From Tubulanus polymorphus (taxonomy: Eukaryota; Animalia; Nemertea), in contig NC_134026.1 of the NCBI RefSeq assembly GCF_964204645.1, positions 1,201,950 through 1,265,949 on the forward strand: 64,000 nt of DNA, read 5' to 3'. The notes beneath the pieces are model-generated. The model worked only from the letters and a program-made list of their open reading frames with translations. It was not told the origin of the DNA and ran no database searches. A program made the position numbers and the translations under genes. Shown in pieces: positions 1 to 11,692 of the stretch (its first letter is position 1; every line of letters begins with the position of its first letter).

Positions 1-751
1 AATTAAGAAGGCTGTTGAACTACAAGAAAACTGCTTAAGTCATAAAGATTTCTAAGTGACGGTAAATCTTCTGTTTCGCAAAATTGAAGTCGTTTGAAGT
101 TTTCTTTTTCTGGTTGGGAGACAGCGAGACCCAACACGCGGAACTAAGTCGGTTCGCCAATTGCACCAGAGTCGAACGGTTTTCAATCATGTTCTATCTT
201 CGTTTCCGGTGAATGGAATGAAAATCACATTAAGCCAATATTAGCTGGAAATGATTAAATAACAAGCTAAGCTTTGTTCATTGATCCTGTAGAGGCAGGT
301 ACACGCTACACTGATCACTGTAACTAACACGAGACGAATAGCATCGTCTCATACGTCACTCGATCGGAGGTTTGCATATTCGGAAAATTAATTACTTATT
401 TTGTAAATACACTAAAAATACACAAAATACTAAAAATATACTTTTAAAGTACTAAACAGCATTTTAAAGATATTTTCTATACTTCCACAAAATATTTGAA
501 TTATGTAAGAATTTGTGAAATTGAATAAATCATCGTATAAATTGTTTGTGAAAATGTTGCTTAAACTACAAAAATGGTGCTGCCTAACGAAAGGTTATGT
601 TGAATAAAGCAAGGTTATGGATCTGAATATATAGAATTTTTGTAGTATCGGCGAAGGAACTGATCCGCTGAATTTACTTGGAATATTCAGGAGATTGAGG
701 TATCGGAATGTTTATGTCAAATAAGATTCATTTTCGCAGTCTGAACACGGT

Positions 752-795
752 GTCACGTGACTGCTGCCCCGTGCCCTCCCTCGATGGTGACGTCA
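752..795. promoter_or_regulatory. Palindromic E-box/CLEAR-type site GTCACGTGAC (752-761) and perfect CRE TGACGTCA (788-795) in a GC/CpG-richer patch upstream of the SLC18 gene's putative non-coding first exon
   Basis: Both motifs are seen directly. They lie about 80-120 bp upstream of a strong splice donor, GAG|GTAAGT at 876/877. Promoter function is inferred. Confidence 0.5.
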
Positions 796-2583
796 TCACG
801 CGGATAGCCGGTTACTCGACGCTCATCAGAAAGATTCGGTTACACATTCTTGGATAGATGGAGGCAAAAAACTGAGGTAAGTTTGATGCAAAATATTAAG
901 GATATCATTCTACTTTATTCAACTTCTTCATTTAAAAAAATTCTACATAGAATATCCGTACAATTCAGTCGATTGATTTTAAGTTTTTAAGTTTTTTCCT
1001 CCATTTTCTAAAAGAAAACGTCTTGAAATACAAAAACGCAATTTCATTTTCTTTTTAATTGAGCAAATTCTTGCTGATAAAATTATGAGATATAATTCTT
1101 ATAATGAATTATTAGTATTCGTTTTCATAGACTTCTCGGTTTCAAAGGGAATCCTTATACTTATTTAAGTATTTCCCTAAATGAAGTGCCTGACAACGAA
1201 TTAATGAATATATACTTGTTTTAACTTTCATTTTAACCAAATCTACAACGACTTTTGGATTATCGACGGAAGATCATCGAACGCCTAATAACTACTGATT
1301 TACTGATTATACTGATTTCATCCTTTTGAAATCCTGGTCAAGTTCTGATCAGTCAATCCTCTGCTAGAATCAATTAAATGACAAGAAGCATCCATACTAT
1401 AGTATTGTGGCTGACCTGATTATCAATTAAAACGCGTGTTTCTAATTCTCTGTGGCATAGAGTGCATTTTCATTTATTAGAATCAATCATTTTGTACTAT
1501 ACGCTCGTCACAGGTTATTGGAAAAATGTCTGCGGTTATTAAATTCATTTCCGATGAATTGGCTTTTTATGCGTTAATCGGGATTTTTTCCAGCAATGAT
1601 CGATCGTTTTCCTAATCTTCCCGAATCGATGTGGGAGGAAAACGGGTCTTTCCAACGAGATCATACGAAAAACTAATGTTTATTCGAATATCGTAAAGGT
1701 TTATCGCATACGTATGAATGACAGACGTTACATATTCATGAGTTCATGAAATATGGTTGAAAACTTTTAGCATTTTCAATAGAATCGATAGTCAAATGTT
1801 ATAACTTGATAATAACATTCCTTGCCTTCTGGGACGTTGCGGGGACCTTTAAGTAACGGACATATACTATTTTGCTTTTTTGTAATACGCCTATGACGTA
1901 GCATCATAATGAAGCCGTATGAGGTAATCTAGATTTGTTTTCAATCACGAGGTTCAGCTTCTATGTATATATACTGAAGTTAAGCAGCCTGAGGAAGTGA
2001 AGATACATCGGTCAATTCGGGGTATGATGTATCAACACGATCAGTAATTCTTTCCTCGAGGGGATTGATGGATCAGTCGGTTCAATCGCGGATAAAAATG
2101 AAAATCTTCTCCAACTTATTACTGGTCTATTGAATCTGTGTTTGCCAGGCGTGTAATGCTCGGTTTTGGATAGAAGCGATAAGACCGACCTTTGTGCATC
2201 TACCACCTTTTTATACAGTGATTGTGTATACGGTGGCAACCACTGGCGTATCATCGAACTCCGTGTAGTTCAACGAATTCGCGATAATTGGACGAGCCGG
2301 CGACGAAAACAGAATTCCCTACAGAAATTCTTTACAGATTTTGAAAAATATTGAAAGATTTCCTCTATTTGATCGACGCAATAAATTCATTCATGATAGC
2401 ATTTTCGCTTTAGCGATGCTTTATGAAATAAGTTGATGTTGAATCGACGAATGTCACACATATATCTATGTGTATGAATTCTAATTGCCTCTAAGGTAAA
2501 CATAACGAATTCTATATCGAAAGCAGATGTTTTGATAACCATTCGATACAATGAATATATATTCTGTTTTCAGGGAGCCAGTT

Positions 2584-5500
2584 ATGCCTTTTTCTCTTTC
2601 TGTATTGGCAAAATGTCACACGGATCTAATAAAAAAGGTGCGCGAGTCGAGAAAACTCGTAGTCGGCATTGTGTTCATGTGTTTGTTAACAGATGGCATT
2701 CTGCTCTGTGTTGTAGGTAAGCTAAATCAGCGAATGTATCACAAACACCGTCATTTCAGAAAACATTTCGTGAAAATTCCAGCACGTATGAAAAATACTT
2801 GAAAATTTACAAATTTTTTCAGTACCGATCATACCTGACTATCTACTCCGTCTTGAACTGAGAGAAAACTCCTACGAATATAGATATTCTAGTTCTAACA
2901 TATCGACGGGAGATGTTAATAATTCTGCGAGGCTTCATTACAACAATTCACTCGATGGGAATCTGAATCGTGACGGAAATTCAACAACATCAGCCGATTT
3001 CATTTTACCACAGGATATCATAAATGAAAATAGTAAAGTTGGCTGGCTTCTGTCATCGAAAGCGATCGTGCAACTTTTTATTTATCCGCTGGTCGGTGTT
3101 GTATGTTGCAGGTAACATTGCAATTTAAAGTTTTATTCGCGCGATAACCACACTGAAACGTGGTGAACAGATAATATAATAAAAACCCGTTATGTACAAA
3201 TTAAAAGAATTCAAGTTGATCTCTAGAGTGACATCGAAACGTCGTGTATTTTACAATTTAGATTTTTTAAATCAAATAAATAAATTCTCAATTTTAGAAT
3301 TCTTTTAATTTGTAGATAGTGGGTTTTTATCTTATAATTCGTACATAGATTCCCGCACTGATGGCCGGATCATTCGACCAGGGTGTCCGGCGTCTAGACA
3401 CCAAATTTGCACTGGACATACATGATTCATTGTTTTCATGTTCACGCCAGGGCCTCCGATGTACGTTTTTTAAACCCAAAAAGCATTTTGTAACCCGTAA
3501 TTAAAAAATGAACCAATGAAACAATTTCTGAGTTCAGATTTGACTCAGTGTTAAGACATTAAAATGAAAATCTGATTCCCGAATATTACCTGTCACTAGA
3601 ATAAATACAAACTAATGATTTCGAAAAACTAGTGCATTCGATGATCGAAACTATCGATCGATTTCCCCTGATATATAGTGATGAATATCTTTTTTCTCTT
3701 CTAGAATTGGCTACGTCATTCCACTCTACCTCGGTTCGTTCGTCATGTTTTTGTCGTCGTTGGGTAAGCATCGCGATACGAGCAGGCGCGCGTACGTCCG
3801 CGCATCTGCCTGCCGTTTCTCGATAAGACAAGCCAAGTGAGAAAAAAGTGCAATGAGCCATCCAATAAGCGGCTTCTATGCGCGATAATCATCTGTAATA
3901 TAAAGCTAATTCAATTTCATACCTCATTTCTGCCTGGCTGCGGAGAGCTGTTTGCCGGTAAAATTAGTTATTTGGGATCAATTGATTTCGATCACTATTC
4001 TTCCCGTATACTGCCGATAATACCGATGAGAGACGTCCTTTTTTTCTGTGCGTGCGTAAATCTAAGATATTTTCTTCTTTAGTGTTCGCATTTTGTGAAT
4101 CGTACGCCTTACTGTTTTTGGCGAGATCTATCCACGGATTGGGCACCTCTTGCTACCAAGTTGCAGGTAAATGAATAAGCTTAAAGCTGCAGAACTAGAT
4201 ATCCCATGAAATCCAAACCTTGACCTAATGTGAACGCAGTTCAACGATCTGAAATATCGAATCAATATAGAATTACATTTTTAAAAGCATTCGCTATTAA
4301 ACTATAGACCTAAAGAATATTGAACTCGCTGTGTATAGCGTGGAATCAGAGTTAACTCAGCAGTAAATGAAGCCTATAGTTCATTTCAGTCAACTCAAAC
4401 CTATCTCCTGTTACGTGAATATGTCATAGTGACGATAAACTCCCAACAATCCTATCAGCGGGGGGGGGGAGTCGGGGGGTTGGCTGCGGGTTAACATTTC
4501 ATCTCGTATTCTAAACTTGTTGAATATGATGACATGGCCCTTTCTGTCTTATTAAAACTTCTTGTAAAATCTCTCTAACTGTATCTCTTACTATGTACGA
4601 CTATGTTATCATTGATATGACAGGTTTAGGTATGATCGCGGCTGTGTACCCCAAAGACAGAGAACGAAGTCGAGCGATGGGTATAGCTTTGGGTGGACAA
4701 GGATTCGGTATTCTCAGTAAGCATCTATCTACCTCAGGATTTCTCCGAGAAATTCATATTCATCTGAATCCATATTTTTGTTTGCTCGTTGAGTTTGAGT
4801 CTTCACTTGAACTAGGGATTTTCTTTATTGTGGAATTCAAATTCAAATCACTCAAGCACGTCTAAAACGACAACTCCAAACGACTGTTATATATAGTTCA
4901 TTCTAAAACCCAATCCTCATTTCAGTTGGATATCCGCTAGGGGGCAGTCTATACGCCTTCGTCGGAAAGATGGTTCCATTTCTTATAACTGCAGTAATAG
5001 TGGCCTTCACAGGAGGTGCGTCTATCATTGAATCAAATAATGATCTCCTTCGCCTTTCGCCACTAAATGTTCACATTGGAATTAACTAACACTAACTTTC
5101 TATTCTATTTATTTGTCAGCAAATTAGATAACACAAATATACATGTTTACATACATTCTACACAGATTATAGTTAATATATGTAATCGTATACATGTAAT
5201 GATGTATTGTGTAGTGAGCGATTGATCGTCTGTTAAATGCTTTTTTCTATTTCAGTTCTGATATTAATAATATATAAACCAACGTTAAACTTAGAGGTAA
5301 TAATGACGTCCTCGACTCAATTAATATACAATAGGATATAAGCGATGATAACACAAAGCCTTTAGCGAGACTTTTATAATACAATAGATAGACGAATATT
5401 TTTGAGAGTTTTAACTAAATTTAAGTACTGTTCCTTCATTCAGAAATTTAAAAGAAGGCGAACATTGAATATTTGTAATTTCTTTCAGGACACTTTGTGG

Positions 5501-8500
5501 CGTCGATACGCATACAATCAAAGGGGGTGTTCTGATTTTCTGTTTGAAGCCTCATTGGCAACCGCTGGAGAACGTTTAACCTTGTGTCTTTTTTCTGTTA
5601 CAGCCACGAATCGTTGGTACTCCACTTCACGTTATACTGAGAGACCCTTATATATTATTAGTAGCTGGTATGTAGATGACTTTCACAATTGATTATTTTC
5701 TATTCAGATCACCAACCTCAGGTTCTACCTCAACACATGAGATATTTTGGGTTCATCATGACGTGTTCGATGATTTTCTTGTCAAACAACACCTAATGAA
5801 ACTATAGAATCGATGCATTTATTGATAGACGTTGCGAAATAAGGAAAATTAAAATGTTTAGAAAAAACATCTCATCATATTGAATTAATGATTACGTCGC
5901 ATAAACTAAATACAATGATATTTACAGGACTACTGATGATCCCAGAAATGGCTATTGCTATTCTGGAGCCAACATTGCCGATTTGGCTGGCCGATTATCT
6001 ACACGTTGAAGAATGGCAAATAGGCAAGTATTGCGACCTCACCCCCGCCCCCAACACCACCTACTATTCAGCCTTAGGTTGTTTAAACACCTTGTTCGCA
6101 GATCATCTTCAGCAACAATCCCGGTCGAAAATTCCTAGAAATAATCATGACGACAGCTCGTCTTGCGGGAATTTATATAAAAACAAAGGTGACAGCACCA
6201 AAAAACAATAATAAACAGAATCTGTTACAATGAAAAGAATTGAGGATTAGAATACACATTTATTCACTCTAGACATTCTAAAGAAATGAAGACAAATTAA
6301 AATCAGCACACCAAAATATGACATTTTTTCTATTAAAACTCTAATTTAATCTTGATAATTACTAATTTAGAAAAAAAAAGAAAATATTTCTGTTCTGATT
6401 CAGGTCTAGTATTTTTACCGGACTCTATAGGACAGTTGATCGCTTCAAATGTGTTTGGAATTGCTAGCTATAGAATAGGAAGGTAACGTATTCGATTGAG
6501 TATAAAGTGTATCTTCATTTACGTATAACGAATATAAATCCGTTGATATATTTTTCTAATTTGAAGGTGGATTTGTGGTTTGACTAGTTTACTGTCCGCT
6601 GCTGCATGTCTCATCATAGTGAGTTTGATCAGAATAATCACCATAACAATTTTGTTTTTATTGTTGTTTTAAGCATTCTATGAGTAATACATATAATTGA
6701 GATCGAGAGACTTAAGTTACGCCCGACATTTCACCTTTTAGTCAATAATACTTGACCCCAGCACCCCCTGACTGGTCTGTGACACTGAAAACCTATTTAG
6801 CCCAGTTCATGTAATATGAATATCAGAAACAGTGGAAATCAGCCGCAACAAAATATCAGTAAACATCTCGGCGACAGAAGTTCAAGATGCAAACATCAAG
6901 AAATTTAGTTTTATACACGTTTCAACGTTTATATTTGCATTGTTTTTAGTTACCTTTTGCGACGAAGATTGTCCATTTGATACTTCCACATTTTGGTGTC
7001 GGTTTCAGTATCGGTAAGTAGGGATTTCTCAGAAATCTGTCATGCTTTGAAAGAAAACTCGACCCCGTAGACAAGACTATCATTTTGAACTGATCTCCGA
7101 GCTTTTTTCTAATATTCTTTTAAAGTTCTAGCATCTTCGATTCTCTGGCGTCAGGTGTTAATAAAGAACTAAAACGAGGGGTATATGAGCCGGATGGGGG
7201 AACATATTATTTGAATCAATCTCTTAGTTTTATCGGGTTTTCATCTCTTATCTATTCTCTACGCCCGAATGTGTGGCTATTCTTTCAATACTATATACTG
7301 TGTCATTTTCCTCGAGACAACGAAACATGAGATTCGTAAACAAATATTTCAGGAATCATGAACGCGACTATGTTGCCCTTGCTTGCCCTTCTTGTTGATC
7401 AGCGACACCGTGCTGAGTACGGGATGGTATACGCAATAGGCCAACTGGCCTGTAGTCTGGGATACGCAATTGGTAAGTAGTACCTATACAATCGCCCAGT
7501 ACCTATATCTGGTCACCGCGGAAAATACAATGTTTTAATCAAGAATAAAAACGACACAAGTTAGTACCTCGAAAGTCGAATCAACGCTGAAGAAGTTCCT
7601 CACTGAAAATTGATGATGAATGATCATGATCTGGTGATTTACTGAGATTTTAAAAGATCTCGGCTGCCAATCATAAGTCGATTTCTCATCCAATCCAAAC
7701 ACCTTGATTTTACCGTGTTCTACAGAATTTTGAACACACATGTGTTTCAGGGCCATCGATTGGTGGACAGTTGGCTGGTATTATGGGATTCCCGTGGTAA
7801 GCTCGTAAATCGTATACAGAGCCGACTGAAAGGGTTTCCGAGGAACTTATGAATCGATGTTTTCGATGTTGTTTTTCCAGGTTAATTAGAGGAATGGGGA
7901 TATTCTGTCTTCTCGCGTGTCCATTCACGTTCTTCCTCAGACAACTGCCATGCGACGAAGAACACAAGGTATAATAACAAATCACAAATCGATATAAAAA
8001 GGGGGATATCGTAACAACTTACCTGTATATCATTATTTATTCGAGGTGCCACGAATTTGACAATGTTTGTAATCGAAAGGAATTAGAATATGACATTTAA
8101 TCTCTGAAATATGGTAAATGATTTTTCATGCTCCGCAACACTGTGCGTTGGGTTATGATAGATAAATGAATAGAAATTGGAATAGAAAATGTCTTGGCCT
8201 TTAACCATATGTAGGTTTATATCTATTTGTTTCATAAAGGGAATAATGAGAATAAAACACGGTTACGGATGTGGTTGATTTTCGCCTGTTTTAAGCAGTC
8301 GTTTATTGTCTTCTTTTGCTACAGAGTTAATCTTACCACCGGAAGTGCTAAACAGGCAATTTACTCGGCTCGGATGAAATCTATTTCAGTTGTTTGTAGT
8401 TTTGCGTAAAACACTAAAAATAACGAATCATTTATTGTTCATTTCAGGCCATTTTAAAAGACGACCATCTCTCTCATGCCTCGTATTCGGTGCGTGGTGA

Positions 8501-8549
8501 AAAAGCGTTTGAATACAACCGATTTTCCGATACGGATTCATCTCCATAA
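2584..8549 (+). CDS. SLC18 family (VMAT/VAChT/portabella-like) vesicular MFS transporter, 16 coding exons
   Basis: Approximate exons: 2584-2716, 2823-3111, 3705-3763, 4083-4166, 4624-4717, 4926-5015, 5256-5296, 5604-5667, 5928-6023, 6404-6482, 6568-6618, 6950-7013, 7353-7472, 7751-7796, 7881-7968, 8448-8549. They splice in frame to give RESRKLVVGIVFMCLLTDGILLCVVVPIIPDYL, VGWLLSSKAIVQL, RIGY, ARSIHGLG, ERSRAMGIALGG, DPYI, ILEPTLPIW, LVDQRH..YGMVYAI, GYAIGPSIGG, GFPW and a C-terminal EEHKAIL. These are collinear with VMAT motifs, including the KEEKMAIL dileucine-like sorting signal. A probable 5'UTR exon ends at 876, with its acceptor at 2573. Confidence 0.93.
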
Positions 8550-9970
8550 GTTTACCTTTTTAAATACCGCCTACGGTTCATCGAGTACCGACAGACACAT
8601 GCATCTATCTTTCCACGAATTTAAAGCATCGTCTATTCGTTTGGCCAATTGCTGGTCGCATCACGTCAGCGAACTCGGCTGCAATCACATATGGAAATAT
8701 TCAAATTCAATCAAAGAATATCAAAGCTATTTTATTCATTCGACACGACTTATGAAGAAATGTATTTATCAATTAAATCTCTATACTGCCAGTCAGGGAG
8801 AGACATTGATGCGTTATTCGGCGATGTGAAAATAGTTTTTCGACGAAGAAAATAAGTGAAAAAAAACTTGGGAAAGTCAGAGAAGAAGTTACTCAACTTC
8901 ACTGCGACAGTCGGCGAACATGAACTGGGAACATGTAATATTGATGCGATGTTTACGCATAAAATTGCGTGGTCTGAAAGATGATCCGACTATTTGCCAT
9001 TTTGAACCATATTTGGCCCCTCGTTAATTGTTTTTGATGGCGGGAAACAATTATTTCTTAGCGACCTTAGTCTGAGAATTTAGATGTAATAGATTATCAA
9101 ATAAATATTCAACATATATACTCAACGTATTTGCTTGTTATTTCTCGATCCTTCGCGTAATTCAAAATCTGAAAATAGTAAGAATAAATGTATAGAATAC
9201 TGTACATTTGTTTACATCATCGCCAGACATGTAAGAGACTTAATTTGAGTAATTTAGTCCCAATAATAGTTACGAACTCCGGTGACTGCGGCGTTCTGGT
9301 CTTAAGACGTAGTTCGGAAGGAAGGGCTTCGCAAAATTAGCCATATCCCGTGTTCGGCTATGCAGTTCACCCCGAGGACAAACTGGCTTAGCAAAACGCA
9401 TGTGTTTAATCCACGGCGATGTCGCTGCAAGTTCAATAAATTTAGCAGGAAAATAAATATAATCCTCTTCTCGATTTGGAGTGAGATAAAATGATGAATA
9501 GCACTTTTCAGTATAAATCTTTAATATATACATATATTTGGGAAATGACCCGTAAGAAATACAAAACGGCAAATTTTTTCGCTCTAAAAATTCGATCTTT
9601 AGAAACAATACGATTTTTAAAAGCATATTGAATATACATTCTTTTTCAAAATATGAAGAAAATCTTAGTGATGCGTAGGTTTTTATGAATGACCTTTCGT
9701 GGTAAATACGATTCCCAGACGCTAACTTACAATGGTATTGAGCAAATTCTAGGAAATCATCGCAAGCACACATTCGTAGATAAACGAACTATTTGAAATC
9801 TATGTTTTGATGTCTGGCATGATACAATGTGATACAGATGACAGGATGGGCTTCGATACCCGAGCTCCACGTTCCAGGGGAAAACTTTAAAAAAAAACTC
9901 TCACGCTCACGAAAATAAATCACAATTCAACTTTTTTTTTAAATCTCAACCTAGTCGTTTAAGTCATCAG

Positions 9971-10110
9971 GGGGCCGGTTGCATAGTCATGGCTTAGACT
10001 TAAGACCAGTCTAAGACCAACTAAGTTCTATAGCCAATCAAACAACTTAAGACCAGTCTAAAGATTTAAGACTATTTTTGGACTTAAGTCACGACTGTCC
10101 AACTGGCCCC
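9971..10110. mobile_element. MITE family A copy 1 (~140 bp, PIF/Harbinger-like non-autonomous element)
   Basis: Terminal inverted repeats GGGGCCGGTTGCATAGTCATGGCTTA ... TAAGTCACGACTGTCCAACTGGCCCC with CAG at the flanks. A close second copy lies at 38968-39106. Confidence 0.8.
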
Positions 10111-11692
10111 AGTAGCTTAAGAACGCGGACCCTAATGAAGTTTGTAACCATTCTTTATTAAATGGAATCTGAAGATGAGAACTAACGTGGTAAAAAAACA
10201 CTGTGCCGTGTGTTGGAAATTCTGAAATGGACCTGAAACTGCTCAATATAGGGAATCGTATAAGGAAACAATCTGGACTTTCTTTTTGCTCGTGGAGAGA
10301 TCAACCTTTTATGAACTGGGTATTGACCATAACAGTATATAATAAGCTAGGGAAATTATGCCGAATTCCAAGAAAATTTCTATCTAGATTTGTGTTGTCA
10401 ATCAGTAGCTTGTGTTTAACGTGTAAACTTTCGGTTATATTATGATTTCCCGCTTCCAACCAAACGGCTGACAGAATGCTCTTAACGACACGTCCTTCGA
10501 TGATGACTCTGTCATCGCGTTTGTTTTCAGTTAAAACATATTACTCGATATCTGTCATATTAAATCACATCGTAGCCGCGATAATCCTTAACCTTCCAAG
10601 GAAGTCGAAACCCGACACGGATGTTTGGATTAATGTTGTAACACTAATTGCCGTAAAACTTCGAACGCAGAAATATTTACCGAAAATCAGCCACGGTCCG
10701 AGTTTTCACTTGCCAGCCGACAAGGCCAGCTCCACACAATATTCTCATGCATTTTAAAGGAACGTTGTTTATCAGCTCAGCTCCTTGATTTCAGTCTTCG
10801 AGTTGCAGACAAAGTACTTATTTCAGATTGATTCAAATTCAAATTAATTCGTGGTGTTATATGGTTTGTGATTAAGTCGTTACAACAGTTGCCCATTGTA
10901 TTATTAGCATAAGAAAACGGCCGATTGGTCGAGACTCTAATAGTTACGCATATAAAAACCCTATTGCCTTAACGAACATTAAGCAATATTTGAAATTTAA
11001 CTTTACTAAAAAGCGATTTTGAATCTTCACTTTACTAGCAAGAATTCTGCCTCATTAAGGCGACGTTTTTTTAGGCCATTTGAATCTTTGTTCACGCGAA
11101 ACACGTAATGATATTCATCGTTGTAATATTTGCCACTTTCAAGTGAACTCACACGATTGCGTCAGCTTTGGTGACAATTTGACTTATATATATGTAAGCG
11201 GAGGCGGTGGCGGCCAATTATTCATTTTCGATAATCCACTTGGAATTTGAGGTATTACGCGCGGGCTTCAGGCGTTTAAACACAACTGCTCTACGCGAAT
11301 CATCAATAACATGAAGAAGGAAGATTTGCCGGGTTTTATGATCAAATATCAGATTTAGACCCGATGACGGGTTGTAACGAAAGTTCATAAAGAACGTGAC
11401 AGAAGCAACTCACAGAGTTTTGCATTATTTATCAACACAACGTTGGTCTCACGTGAGTGGGTTGGATGATAGGTCACCATGGAGACCCATCCTAGAAGTG
11501 ATCGGAAACTTTTCCAGGATGAGTTGGTAACATTCATCGCTCAGTAAGTTTTCGTTGCTAGGCAGTGATAAACATTTCCCATTTAACCTCAATTTATCAG
11601 AGATAAAAGGCAGTGCGACTTGGGAGCAGGCCCTTACTTTTCAGAAACACGGACCATTTTAGATCTCTGGATAAATTGCGAAGAGAGGGAAA

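Noticed and set aside
8476-8855. ORFs extending beyond the SLC18 last exon
   Set aside because: They are in different frames from the VMAT-like C-terminus (AILKDD...SSP*, stop 8547-8549) and lie in the presumed 3'UTR.
9270-9773. 167-aa minus-strand ORF
   Set aside because: No recognisable motifs, composition resembles AT-rich intergenic DNA, and no supporting exon structure.
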